NCBI RefSeq assembly: GCF_001194135.2
Contig: NC_068989.1
Span: forward strand, 14,973,788-15,037,787
Reading direction: 5' to 3'
DNA: 64,000 nt
Source of the DNA: Octopus bimaculoides
Lineage: Eukaryota
The notes beneath the pieces are model-generated. The model was not told the origin of the DNA, ran no database searches, and worked only from the letters and a program-made list of their open reading frames with translations. Positions 1 to 13,156 of the stretch are shown here, in pieces. The position numbers and the translations under genes were made by a program. The number at the start of each line of letters is the position of its first letter. Position 1 is the first letter of the stretch.

Positions 1-319
1 AAATTAAAAGACTTCGCAAAATTTGTGTGTGCATAAGAGAGAGAGAGAGAAAGAAAGAAAGAATGTGTGTATGTATTGTGTGTGCATGTAAAAGAAATAT
101 ATACACAGGTACACAGCGAATATATCTGCAAACATGCTATATTCAATACAAAGAAAATCCGAAGTAAAATAATGGAGATACAAGACATTTACATACATAT
201 GTGTGTGTATCTACACACACACACACTTATACACAGGGAATTCGTATGCATAATTGTAAGTAATATTTCCTAGCATATATTGCTTATGCATTTTTAGACA
301 TAAGTGCATACGTATTCAA

Positions 320-559
320 ATAAGCACACACACACATACGCACACACACGCATACACCATCAGCCAGAGTGTTCTTACACCTACACTCGCAGTTGGAGAT
401 ACCCATTCGCAGACATATACGCACACCCATGTACTTGGCACGTTTATCTGCACACATAGGCTTTATATAGCTATCTGCTTTGTTCACTCACACACACATA
501 TACACACACGCGTATACACCTACACCTGTGAACGAACACCTTCAGATACAGTACACATA

Positions 560-594
<35 letters not shown>

Positions 595-940
595 GTGAAT
601 ACACACATATACCCAAAAACATACATACACGAACACACACACAAAGACCTACACACACACACACACACACATACAAACACGAACACAAACATACGAACAA
701 ACGAACTCACACAAACACAACCACATTCATATACAGTCATACACACACACAGCTGTGTGTGTGTGTGTATCTACCGTCTGTAAAAAACACATCCCAAAGA
801 AGCACAACACACACACACACACACATGTATATAACAAATGCACAATGCACGCTTTGTTATATATATATATATATATATATTATACATGTATGCATAATAA
901 AATTCCAGATATAAGCGTGTACACACAGACACACACGAAC
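320..940. repeat. (CA)n/(TA)n microsatellite-rich region
   Basis: direct reading. Confidence 0.9.
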
Positions 941-1499
941 ATTCATTGGTGAGAGTAGTTTGACAGTATCAAAGCAGATATGAGGACGTCTGAAATAAAG
1001 ATTTTCACGAATTAGGCCTTGTGAAAGACGGAATTTTAGAAGCAATAAAAATTTTAGTAAATCTTCCGCTGTGTTGTGGCTTTCATCCGTTTTTCTTCAC
1101 CTATAACTTAACTATGCTTTCGAGTACAAGGTTTATACTTAAATAGTTTCTGGTCGTGTTGTTTGTTGTTGTTGATTAGGTTTTTTTCTTTGTTTATTTT
1201 ATGTCACTTGCTTTGCTGATTGTGTTTATGGTCGTTTATGGTGTTATTGGGTGACGGAGAGTAAGAAAGAGAGTAGTTACGGTAGAGAGAGAGAGAGGCT
1301 GTGTGAGTGAGAGAGCAGAGAAAGACTGTGTGTGAGAATAAAGAGAGTGGGTGAGGGCAGAGAGAGAGAGAATAAGAGCAGAGAGAGTGAGTACAGAGAG
1401 TGTAAGTGAAGAGAGAAGTCAGGGAAAGAGAGAGAGAGAAATCAGTGGTGAAAGAGACGGAGAGAGCACGGGAAAGAAACGATTCAAAAAAAAAAAAAC

Positions 1500-1509
1500 T
1501 GATAGATAT

Positions 1510-1540
<31 letters not shown>

Positions 1541-1745
1541 CGGCTAGATAGATAGACAGGGAGATAGATGGATATAGACGTATGAATAGAGAGACGGAGA
1601 GATAGATCGATATATAGACGGATGAACAGACAGATAGATAGATAGATAGAAGGTTAGATAGATAGACGGATAGATAGATAGACGGATGGATAGATAGATA
1701 GATAGATAGATAGATAGGTAGGTAGGTAGATAGATAGATAGAAAA
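1500..1745. repeat. (GATA)n/(GACA)n tetranucleotide array within GA-rich low complexity 1250-2050
   Basis: direct reading. Confidence 0.9.
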
Positions 1746-1986
1746 TATTAGAACGAAGGAGTGTTTTTAATGCTGGACATTATAGCGGAGAGAAGTATGA
1801 ACTGAAGAGATCTAAACAAAGAGACAGATTTCGTGAGAGAGAGACGGCGGAGAAAGAGAGAGAGGGAAAAAGAATGAGGAAGAGAGAGAGAGAAAAAGGG
1901 AGAGGAACAGATAACAACAGAGTGTGTATGTGAGAGAGTGAGAAAGAGGAGTAGATAGAATGAAAGTGTATACGAGAGTGAGGGAG

Positions 1987-2017
<31 letters not shown>

Positions 2018-2096
2018 GACTGAATGACATGTAAGTAGACAGAGAGAAAGATTAGAGTATAATTGAAGGGAGTGTGTGGAAAAAAAGGTTACCTAC

Positions 2097-2247
2097 CTGG
2101 TTCAGGCTTCATTGCCACGTCCGATGATGGCAGAAGATAAAGTATTGCGAGAGGGTGAGTGACGTTGTCGTAGTGGCCGTCCACTTCACACAGAGACAGA
2201 CATCGAACCCGCAGCTGAAGTATATAGTTGACCTTCTGTCTTCTTGC
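2097..2247 (-). CDS. candidate exon of an unidentified gene: ARRQKVNYILQLRVRCLSLCEVDGHYDNVTHPLAILYLLPSSDVAMKPEP
   Basis: GC-richer unique island bounded by a tttatttatttcag acceptor and CCAG|gtaggt donor; 151 nt, open in phase 0; could instead be a UTR exon with ATG AAG CCT GAA CCA. Confidence 0.4.
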
Positions 2248-2853
2248 CTGAAATAAATAAACTCACTTCTCTCTCTTTTTATCACCACACTGTGTCTCTT
2301 AATTCACCCTTCTTCCTGGCTTCGGTTTCTTTATACTGATATACAATCATCTGTCTATTGGAATATACACTCAGCTGATTGCATGTATGTATAAACACTC
2401 AGCTGTTTTTATGTATATGTGTATGTTTGTCGAGACACTTAGTTGTCTGTACAAATGTAGATAATACACTCAGCTGTTTGTGTGTCCGTATATAATGGGG
2501 TGAGTGAGGGACACCCATATGCCTGTCTATAAAACACGTCCATGGTTTGTTATTTCTTTGCCGCATTCACAGAGGTTGTTGGTTCGAATGGCTCTTTGTC
2601 CTCGATATAATCCAGGCGATCTGTGTTCGTCTTATGAAACATCGGGTAGAGAGAAGTAATTCGGGAAACTATCACCAACCGTGAGTCTATGGTGTACTGT
2701 AGCTGTATGAGTAAGTATGTGAGTGAGAGCGAATGTAATGTGAGTGAGCATGAATAAGTGAGTGAGTGTGCCTAAGTGAATGAGTGTGTATGTATTTGTG
2801 AGTGTGTCTAAGTGAAGTGAAGTGAATACTAACTTGGTCTGGGCCAGTTGTCC

Positions 2854-2900
<47 letters not shown>

Positions 2901-3382
2901 CTCAATGGGTGAACGTTCTCACTAATCGCAAGAACAGAAACGAGCAAAAAACTCTTAAACTAAGATAATTTCATTGGCAAGAGCAGATAATGTCGTTCAG
3001 TAAAACTTTATAACATTCACGCATGCATATATAGACAGACAAGAGAATACATTACAGAAACAGACATACAAACACACGCAAACACATTAACTAATGTTCA
3101 CAGTGTAAAAAATAATAATAGTTTTTTTGTGGCTTGGTTATTTGTCAACTCTCAGCACACTCATGTTGTTGTTGTTGTTGTTATACTGCTGGAGTGAGAC
3201 TGAAGTGTCAAGCTCCACTCCCCTGCTGTCAAACCTCTCTCACTATCAGCTGTAAGGTCCCTCTTGCCCTACTCCTAGAATAAATTACTAGATTCTTGCC
3301 TAGTCATGCCGACTGCTATTAGGTAATAATACTAATGTATACAAACTGTTCACCTAATATATATTATATAAACTTACATAGA

Positions 3383-3437
<55 letters not shown>

Positions 3438-4167
3438 TATAATGTCGATTAAGTAATTTTAGAGGGTTAATCTAGACTTACATATCACAACATACTGGTG
3501 ATTTTTAAGTAGTGAGCTAGATCTATGTACTTACATAAACACTATACTATGTATCAGAGAAAAACTGATCACACGTATATAAGAAAGAAAATATTAGTCA
3601 CACACACATAGGTGTATTCAAAACTTTATGTGTAATTTTTCTTATACATTAATGGAAGTTCATCTTAACGTAGACATATAAAGAATACAAGTCATATATC
3701 GTTACATATACAGAGTCTATTGCTCGTATACTTATGTATATAAAACTTTATCTGTCTACCTCGAAAACACTTTTCTCCACACCTTTGTATATATATAATC
3801 TTGTATGTACGTAGAATATGTCGTTTACGTATGCACGTAGAATATGTATATTGTTTATATAAACAATAATATTCACTCGTACATTTTTGTATATAAACAC
3901 TAGGTTATATACGTAGACCTATGCTAAAATAAAAACAAAAAAAACTTTAGTATGAACGAGTGTGCATATATGTAACATATATGTAAAAATTATTGGAGTA
4001 CTACACTTAAATTTTAACTGGGTATATATTAATATATACACCCTCGTACGTCAGTGTGTCTATGTCTGTTTTGCACCTATCGTCACTGCGATGAGGAAAA
4101 TATTAATTCCTCACGTTATTATTTTTTTTTTAACTGAAAAGCAGCAAATTTAAACACGCTTATACCC

Positions 4168-4211
<44 letters not shown>

Positions 4212-5250
4212 TTTAATGATGGTGAGGAATTAAACACTCGAGTAATAATAATACCTTGGTGCCACCTCGATGAATGAAAAGTTGGCGACAGAGGAACATG
4301 AAGCAATGGTAATATTAGCTTCTTAATGTAGGTATTTTATCGCAAGTTTTCCTATATCTACGGTACTCCGAATCCCGGGCAGAAGAAATCCATTTGCATA
4401 ATGAGAGTCTGAGCACTAAAAAAAAAGCTTCATAGGAGCTACTATTCTACCGCCAACGAAAAATACATAACGCATTCTATTTACATTGGAACGAGCACTG
4501 CAATACTGCTAAATAAGATTAATTAAAGAAGATATATATTATCTCTATCTAGGGTCTACTATAGAAATTTAGAAACAGTTCTGGTAGAACATGGAAAATA
4601 TTTACAGTCGATAGTGGTAAAATTATTGTGTTATATACGTATATATATATATATTCTATGATTGTGTACGTTTCAATAGAGAAATGTGTTGAAATGAATA
4701 TTCCAGCCAAGTGTCATTCTGTGCTGTATCTTTCCAGTTGTCTTAAAAACAAACAAAAACACTGTGTTGCTGTCTAAATGACGAGTGGAGCAGGGTGTCT
4801 CTTGGAAGATTTGGCGAGATGTTGTTGTTGCTGCTACTGCTGTATCATGTGATGCCAAAGCTTCTAGCTTCCTCCTTCCGTCTTTTTTTTTTTTTTCAAT
4901 GTATTCGCCACAGACAAACCTTTCTCCTCTTGTCTTTATATTATTGTGTGCCTATATATATATATATATATATATANNNNNNNNNNNNNNNNNNNNNNNN
5001 NNNNNNNNNNNNNNNNNNNNNNNNNNNNNNNNNNNNNNNNNNNNNNNNNNNNNNNNNNNNNNNNNNNNNNNNNNNNNNNNNNNNNNNNNNNNNNNNNNNN
5101 NNNNNNNNNNNNNNNNNNNNNNNNNNNNNNNNNNNNNNNNNNNNNNNNNNNNNNNNNNNNNNNNNNNNNNNNNNNNNNATCTAATTAATATCTGTGCGCG
5201 TATTTATATGTATTTAATATGCTTTTCTTTTTTATTCTTGTGTATGTCTA

Positions 5251-5287
<37 letters not shown>

Positions 5288-5558
5288 ACGTTTTACCGTT
5301 TCCATTTAGACACATGTAGGTTTTTCATACACGTGTCTATATATAGATGTCTGTTTATTTATTTCGACTAACACTCATATGGGAGGGGTCGCTTGCAGAA
5401 GAGAAAGAGAGAGAGAGAAGAAAACAGGTGGTACTTAACTACAACACTAGTTTTCAGAGGGAGTATGAGAGGTATTTCAATTATTATTATTATTATTATT
5501 ATTATTATACAACTCCCCCTCTCTCTCTCTCCCTTCTCGTAATCGATAATTTATACAG

Positions 5559-5599
5559 CTGATCAATCGATTTACTCTCCTGCTGCAAGGCGATATAAG
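5559..5599 (+). CDS. candidate 41-nt exon (DQSIYSPAARRYK in phase 1, or LINRFTLLLQGDI in phase 0)
   Basis: CT-rich tract then tttatacag acceptor, AAG|gtaaca donor; two open frames. Confidence 0.3.
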
Positions 5600-7253
5600 G
5601 TAACATAAGGAGATGGAAAAATACCTGGAAATAACTACGAAAATCCCCACCTGTCTTTCTACATCTGATTTTTCTATTGCTTGCATTCCAAATGACTCCG
5701 TACATTGCTTATAACTCTTTTTTTCTCTCTCGCTCTCTTTCTTTCTTTCTTTCTTTCTCTCTCTCTCTCTCTTTCTTTCTCTACCCCCTCTCACTCTCGT
5801 ATATGCATACACGCGTGCACATTCACAAGCTTTGTCTAACCCTTCTTCCTTCAATGGGAATTTACATATATATATATATATATATATACATATATAAAAA
5901 ACCTCAGGAGCAAAGCATACTCTCAGTGATTTGGCTGCATTGACTTGGTTTGTATTACATAACATTGCGCTTGCACAACGCCTTTTATATACACAAAAAC
6001 CAATGATTCTTCTCTCTCTCTCACTCTCTCTCTCTCGTATGTTTCACTTTTCCTTCTTCACGAATATATCCATCTATTTTCTATCATTGTTGTAAACACG
6101 GTTCTTTTCGTCCTAATCTTTTTATTTCCAACGTTTAAAAGTTGATATAAGCAAAAAGCAAAAATACTTGGAACTAAACCGAAGGTATTTTTAGAATATT
6201 TTACAGTTACACACACACACACACACTCATCCAACATACTATTGTCTTTTCGCTAACCATCAGTACACTACAATGTCAGATGGTATTGTTTAACCACAGG
6301 TTATTCCCGATCGAGCAGACCTATAATTAAAGACATTCCAGCCTTGGCTATCCCGTCTTTTTTCCTATATACTAAAAACCCCAGGGCTACATTATCCAGT
6401 GTGCCCTTTTCTAAGAATGCAGAAGGTGATTTAGAGGAGAATTAGTTGCTATTTCTTTCGTTCGAATGACCACGTACAGGCTCCCTTGTTGGCTCCCGTT
6501 ATTGTTACTGTTAGCGGTGATGGTGGTGGCGGTAATTGTCATGTTAAGTATAATGGCTTAGCGACTAAAGTTTTTCTCTTCTTGCTTCTATAGTTGCATT
6601 GTATTCTTCAGCAATTTTCTTAACTCTTCTCACAAAAATCAACAATGCCTAATTAAGTAATTGGTGCTTCAACTTCATTTACCCTTCCATATATGGAAGG
6701 GTAAACGAACAGATTTATTTTCCAACATCTCTATTATATTCTCGTGTGTGTGCAAAAAATATATAACCATAGTGTGTGTGTGTGGTGGTTTTGTGATCAT
6801 TGTGTGATGTCGTTATCATGATCATTTTAACGTCCTCGCTTCCATGCTTGCATGGGTCAGACAGAATGCATCAAGATGAATTTTTTTTATGGCTGGATGC
6901 CCTTTCTGTCGCCAACCATCACCTGACCGAACAGTTCAGCAAAAAGAGACTGATAGAATAAGCACCAGGCTTAGAAGAAAAAACACTGGGGTCAATTTAT
7001 ATGATTAAACCCTGGAAGGCTGTGCCCTAACTTGACTGCAGCCTAACAACTGAAACAAGTAAAAGACATAATAATACTTAAGCTCAATAGGGTTTTCCTG
7101 TCCCTCAACCCTTTTTTATCTATGAACCCCTTTGGTTCCTATTTTACTCAAATGGACCCTCCTAGCCATTCAATGTTTAAAAACATCATATTATATTTTA
7201 ATAATTAAATATGAGGAGATGCTTTTAAAAAATTGGTAAAATATTTTGTATAT

Positions 7254-7650
7254 TACTCTTTTTACTCTTTTACTTGTTTCAGTCATTTGACTGTGGCCAT
7301 GCTGGTGCACCACCTTTAGTCGAGCAAATTGACCCCGGGACTTATTCTTTGTAAGCCTAGTACTTATTCTATCGGTCTCTTGTGCCAAACTGCTAAGTGA
7401 TGGGGACATAAACACGCCAGCATCGGTTATCAAGCAATGCTAGGGGGACAAACACAGACACACACACACACACACATATATATACATATATATGACAGGC
7501 TTCTTTCAGTTTCCGTCTACCAAATCCACTCACAAGGCTTTGGTCGACCTGAGGCTATAGTAGAAGACACCTGCCCAAGATGCCACGCAGTGGGACTGAA
7601 CCCAGAACCATGTGGTTGATAAGCAAGCTACTTACCACACAGCCACTCCT
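7254..7650 (-). mobile_element. tRNA-derived SINE family A
   Basis: A-box-like TGGCTGTGTGG, B-box-like GGTTCAGTCCC, central (TA/TG)n, ...acaagtaaaagagta tail; more than 20 copies or fragments in the window. Confidence 0.85.
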
Positions 7651-9051
7651 GAACCAATTTGTTGCAGCTAAATTTTAATAAAATCTTATGTGGACCACCA
7701 AGGGCCTAATAGACCCACAAAGGCCTTATGGACCTCCAAGGGCTTTATGGACCCCAGTTGAGAACCACTGATTTACATCATTTAAACTTTATAGAAATTG
7801 ATTTCTAATAAATAAATGTAGTTGCAATTTTTAAGGCAAATTATTATGCAATTTTAGTACAGTTATATTACAACAGCTGTTAAATATACTCACCTGTCAA
7901 ATAAAGTCACAAGGTTATAAATTTGTAGTCAAGTCAATGTTAGCTTATTTGATGGAGTGGACATCAAACATCTTGATAAGAAACATGTGGTACAGAAAAG
8001 ACAACATTTACCTGAATGTCTTCTACCTTTGGCATCCATCTGCCTTGAGAGGAAATACCGTTCTACACCATGGACCTTTTAGGATTTGAGCTTTATCCCA
8101 ACACAAATAGGACAACCACCTCCCATACAGAGGCATAGCCAGGTTCTAAAGTTAAGGGAAGCAAGCACAAAAAAAAAGGCTACCTGACCCATACCAAATA
8201 ACTTTTAATTCATTTCTATTCATCATCATCATCCAGTGTTTGAAATCCGGGTTTTTTCCCCACTAATGGGGGGTGGCCGGATCTACCTCAATGCCATAGT
8301 AACAGAGGTAGGCAGGTGCAGCCCACCCCAACCTTTAGGCCAGCTGGTGCCCATTCTCCTTTGCTATGATGAGGCTTTTTTGGAGCTGGATATTCTCCAG
8401 GGAGCATGCCCTTGCTTACCCCCAATCTCAGTTTCTAGACATGAGTGGTCCCGAGACCAAGGAGTCTATCACGATTTTTAAGAAATGTGGTGGAAAACTA
8501 GCTCGGGAAGACAGGGACACTACTCCCTGAGACCCCTTTCGGAGCTCCCCTACCTATTATGGTATGCAAAAAATATTTCATTAGTTTTAATAAACATAAC
8601 TGTATTCTATATTCATTAATTTCATGTTTCAGTAACAATGTCACTATGTTTTGAAACTTAATGTTATGACTTATCAACACACCAAGTGATGGGTGATACG
8701 TACACCTTACAAAATCTCATTCAGTTATACATATCAATTATAAATTTACAATTAACTCCACCTTATTAATGAATTTTAATCTTTGTTATCTTCTTCTTCT
8801 TCTTTGCCACCACCACCACCACCACCCTCTGATAGGAACTCTGAACAGGGATGGATGGAGTTCATGATATTTTTTTAAAGCTACAGTTCCAGTTACTTTG
8901 GAGAATAGGAAGATCTGGATAAGCTTAGATGGGTAAATGTTGATTTTGAACTGTTGGCAATTACTTGGGAGAAGAATGGAATTCTAGAGAGAAATGTTAT
9001 TTCTGAAGACAAAGAAATGAACAAGAAACTGTTGTAGTTAGAAATCATTCT

Positions 9052-9403
9052 CTTTACTCTTTTACTTGTTTCAGTCTTTTGACTGTGGCCATGCTGGAGC
9101 ACCGCCTTTAGTCGAGCAAATCGACCCCAGGACTTATTCTTTGTAAGCCTTGTACTTATTCTAAGTTATGGGGACATAAACACACCAGCATTGGTTGTCA
9201 AGCGATGTTGGGGGGGACAAACACATACATATATATATACATATATACGACAGGCTTCTTTCAGTTTCCGTCTACCAAATCCACTCACAAGGCTTCGGTC
9301 GGCCTGAGGCTATAGTAGAAGACACTTGCCCAAGATGCCACGCAGTGGGACTGAACCCGGGACCATGTGGTTGGTAAGCAAGCTACTTACCACACAGCCA
9401 CTC
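9052..9403 (-). mobile_element. SINE family A
   Basis: alignment by eye to other copies; internal deletion. Confidence 0.85.
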
Positions 9404-9527
9404 GTTAAATAAAATATGATAAATCATTATTATTATTATACTTTTGTTGTATACAAGCTGTTCTAAATCTTACCCAGAAACCTCAAGTAACAGGAAGCTG
9501 GATGTTGTTTACAAGTTGCAATGATAT

Positions 9528-9977
9528 TGTAGGTGATAGGGCCACCATCCTTGGGCAACCCTATCCCGTACAATCAATTTTCTTCAATAAACGAAAACGC
9601 TGAATGAATTGAATAACAGCATAACAGATATTTTATTACGGGTGCTCAGCCTTACATCTTGGGGTAACGGCTTTGCCAGGTCGCCCTTTATGTTTGGTGT
9701 GAAGACAGCGTCGGTGTAGTTGCTGGATGGTTAAGTCATTCTTCCCCGTCTCCGTGGTAGACTGTGTTGACTCAAGGTAGAGTTGACGAAGCGGCTCTTA
9801 GTGGTCTGGTGTCCTCGAATGTTCAGAGCTAAGAGGTAGAGAAAACGTGGGAACGCTTGGACATAGGATGACCACGCATACACATGAGGGACTTCCTGCA
9901 TGCCTTCCGGAAGACATGTCCCTGCGCATGCGTGGACAAACTCTCCAAAATGGCGACTGGTATTAGGCATCACTACA
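9528..9977 (-). mobile_element. solo LTR, 450 bp, inserted in the LINE 3' UTR
   Basis: TGTAG...CTACA inverted termini; 4-bp TSD ATAT (9524-9527 and 9978-9981); minus-strand AATAAA at 9632-9637. Confidence 0.75.
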
Positions 9978-11207
9978 ATATATTTCAGAGCAAGGAGCTC
10001 AAATCCTGATAATGTTATCAAAAACTTGTAATATTTGTGATTTTGGAAGAATTTAAAAGGTTGTCTGTTTTTCTTAGGATTTGGGCTGTACCAATAAGAA
10101 TGATCTTTTGTGACTCTGATATTTTTAGGTTTCCTGGTATTTGACTATAGTATTTAAGAATGCCATTTCATACATATCCCTAAAGCTCTGAAGATCACAG
10201 GTACAGTTGTCATTCTTTGCTGTCACATATTTGACACCTCTATTTGAAGGTCCTCGTATTTAACTTTTCAGGCGTTTTTACAGAATTTGTCTTCTGATAG
10301 GATTCACTATCTATGAGAACACACGTTTTATCAGCGTGAGTTTTCACCTCAATATCTGGCCTATTGGCCTGAAAAGCTTGATCTATGTGAGTACCAAAGT
10401 TCTAAAGGACAATGATATCTTTCTTTTCTATTAATATGGAGGGTAATATTCCCACCTTTTCTTTTGTGAGTCCAAACTGACAGCATATGATTCAGTGCAA
10501 ATACTGAGTCTATGATAACAATTAATACAATCATTTGAGGCTAACATATATCAGACAAAGATGAAGTGGTCAATTGTTTCTCTGGTTTTTCCTTAAAAGT
10601 ATCAGGTAGGATCAGCACCATTTTTAAGAATGTTAATTTAGTAATTTCTTATGAACAGACAGTCGCCCTGAGCTGCTATAATGAAGCTTGCTGTTTCCAA
10701 TTTAAGTCCAGATACAACCAACTATTGATGGGTCATACTTGTATCAACAACAGGACTGCCAGGCTTTGTAGGGTATATATTATGTAATGTGTAAGTATAA
10801 AAGAACACAAATGGGGTTCAAAATTCACAACAGCTGTTTCGGCACCATTTTATTGATACATTCTTAGATTACATCGTAGCAAAAACCTGCCTTCGTCAGG
10901 TGATTTTAAACAGACAAACAGGTAAGGCAGAAGATATAAACTGACTTGCTCACAGCCCAGAGATTACATTTAATTTGACTTGGAATTATATTTATTTTGC
11001 TTTCACAGTGGATGAGTTCTGTTCCATCTAGATGCACCTCATGCTTTTTTTTCTTTTTTGCAGACAAGTTTAAGCATCACGTCATTGGTGTTCTTTAGAT
11101 AGGTGTCTAACCCAATGGTTGCTGTTTTTAGAGACAGTTGCAGCTGCATCAGTCCACATTCGCCATCTTTTTGTGGGATATATAGTCTGTCTACATCTAC
11201 CCTTAGG

Positions 11208-11597
11208 TTGTTGTTGTTGGCACTCCGTCGCTTACGACGTCGAGGATTCCAGTTGATCCGATCAACGGAACAGCCTGCTCGTGAAATTAACGTGTAAGTG
11301 GCTGAGCACTCCACAGACACATGTACCCTTAATGTAGTTCTCGGGGATATTCAGCGTGACACAGTGTGACAAGGCTGACCCTTTGAATTACAGGCACAAC
11401 AGAAAAAGGAAGTAAGAGTTAGAGAAAGTTGTGGTGGAAGAGTACAGAAGGGTTCGCCACCATCCCCTGCCGGAGCCTCATGGAGCTTTAGGTGTTTTCG
11501 CTCAATAAACACTCACAACGCCCGGTCTGGAAATTGAAACCGCAATCCTATGACCCCGAGTCCGCTGCCCTAACCACTGGGCCATTGCGCCTCCACA
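11208..11597 (-). mobile_element. tRNA-derived SINE family B inserted in the Dong-like LINE
   Basis: A box TGGCCCAGTGG and B-box-like segment, (AAC)n tail, ttaggt duplicated at flanks. Confidence 0.85.
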
Positions 11598-12184
11598 CCT
11601 TTAGGTGATACATATGGAAAACTTGCATATTTTGGGGTCAGTTTTACTGATCTCATTCATGAACCATTTTATGATATTAAATCTGCAGATCATGACGTGT
11701 ATGACCAAGATACTGATGGCATCAAACTTGCTTCTCTCATCAAGTTCACTTTTTCGGGATAGCTCTAACTCTATGGCAGTATTCTTTTCTCTGAATTCAG
11801 TGTTGGAATTTTCTCCCAAAGCTTCATACTATTTGAGAGAAAATTATCAATAACCAGAGTGTTATTGTAGACTCCCAAGCATTTCTCAATTCAGCTTTTT
11901 TGTAATCAATCCATGCAATGTAAAGATTTTTTTCTTTTTTGTCGTTTATGGCAGTCCTTTAGAATCATTTTATTGATTAATTGCTAGTCTTTATATTCAT
12001 ACAAGCCACGTTTACAGCCATTTTTTATTCATTGAGGAATATCTTGTTATCCATCAGAAAGGTATATATGTATTCAGTAATGATGGATGTTCATACTTTG
12101 TACATGCTTGTAAGACATGTTATTGGCCGGTAGTTTTGGAGGTTATTAGTTTCATCAGTTTTGTACAGTAAATATTATTAATAT

Positions 12185-12370
12185 TATTTTTATTATTATC
12201 ATTATTCAGTAGTTTTATTTTTATAACGTGCTTTCACTTCACTACCGAGCGCAGCTCTTTGTGCCTTGGGTATGTGCTGTGGTTTGCTGTGATGCTCTTA
12301 TGGTTACTGTATTGAAAGTGTTTTGCGTAGGATGTGTGCAGTGCCCAGTAGTGCAATTTTCTGTATGTAA
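12185..12370 (-). mobile_element. second Dong/R4-like LINE 3' end
   Basis: IQKIALLGTAHILRKTLSIQ* plus 3' UTR and (TAA)n tail. Confidence 0.75.
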
Positions 12371-12438
12371 AAAAAAAATTTGTTAGTCCTGGTGTTTTTG
12401 TTATGTATTTGTCTGAATATTTTTTTATTATACCTTTA

Positions 12439-12481
<43 letters not shown>

Positions 12482-13124
12482 TAGTTTTCATTGAAGATTT
12501 GCAAACAAATCACATCACTTATATGGCAGTGACCTACATTTATTTTTTTATTTCAAAGTCTGGTTCTTATTCTTTTTCAAAGTCTCTGTTGCTGAACCAC
12601 TAAGTAGACCTACCATACAGTGTCGAGACAAGAGAGTGCAAACACACACACACACACATGCAACAAACTTCTTTCAGTTTCCATCTATCAAATCCACTCA
12701 CAAACCTTTAGTCAGCCTGGGACTATAGTGGAAGTCACATGCCTAAGATGCTATGCAAGGTGCCAAAGAAAGTTTTCTTCTTCACACAGCCATGCCTGCT
12801 CCAATATCTTTTATTTTTTAGAATTAATGTACAAAGAGCACTGTTTCAATTGGTAAGGTGTGATTTGAAGAAGATTTGACTGTTATTTCTAGCAGGAAGG
12901 CGACCATATAGAGGTTCTGTCATTTTTAAGCTAGACAAGAAAGTTTCAGTACATGATGGGTCTGGGGATTTCTGGGAATTTCAAGACAGTGTCTGTGAGG
13001 TGGTGGAGAGAAACAGAAAAACAGACGATTACATCTAGAAAGTTCTACATGGTAGCTGGGTTACAGAGTTATCAAGTTCAATGAAGCATAGACTGTAATA
13101 GTAGTAGTAGTAGTAGTAGTAGTG

Positions 13125-13156
<32 letters not shown>

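Larger units (their letters stand above)
9426..12170 (-). mobile_element. degenerate R4/Dong-like non-LTR retrotransposon (3' part: RT C-terminus, CCHC region, restriction-like endonuclease, TAA tail)
   Basis: minus-strand translations with stops/frameshifts: VDVDRLYIPQKDGECGLMQLQL, FIIAAQ...ETIDH, ANRPDI...KYEDLQIEV...QKIILIGTAQILRK; (TAA)n tail at 9426-9438; interrupted by an LTR and a SINE. Confidence 0.85.

Noticed and set aside
7925-8085. Plus-strand open frame ...SLFDGVDIKHLDKKHV..., which with LINRF from 5559 resembles an ABC-transporter segment
   Set aside because: No Walker A/B, Q-loop or LSGGQ exon found nearby and the spacing is off; likely chance
7894-9003. Minus-strand splice-like sites (donors at 7894 and 8012, acceptors near 8146 and 9003)
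   Set aside because: Frames contain stops or the implied intron is about 40 nt; possible non-coding exons but unsupported
11600-11763. Plus-strand frame GDTYGKLAYFGVSFTDLIHEPFYDIK...
   Set aside because: Antisense to the Dong-like RT coding region
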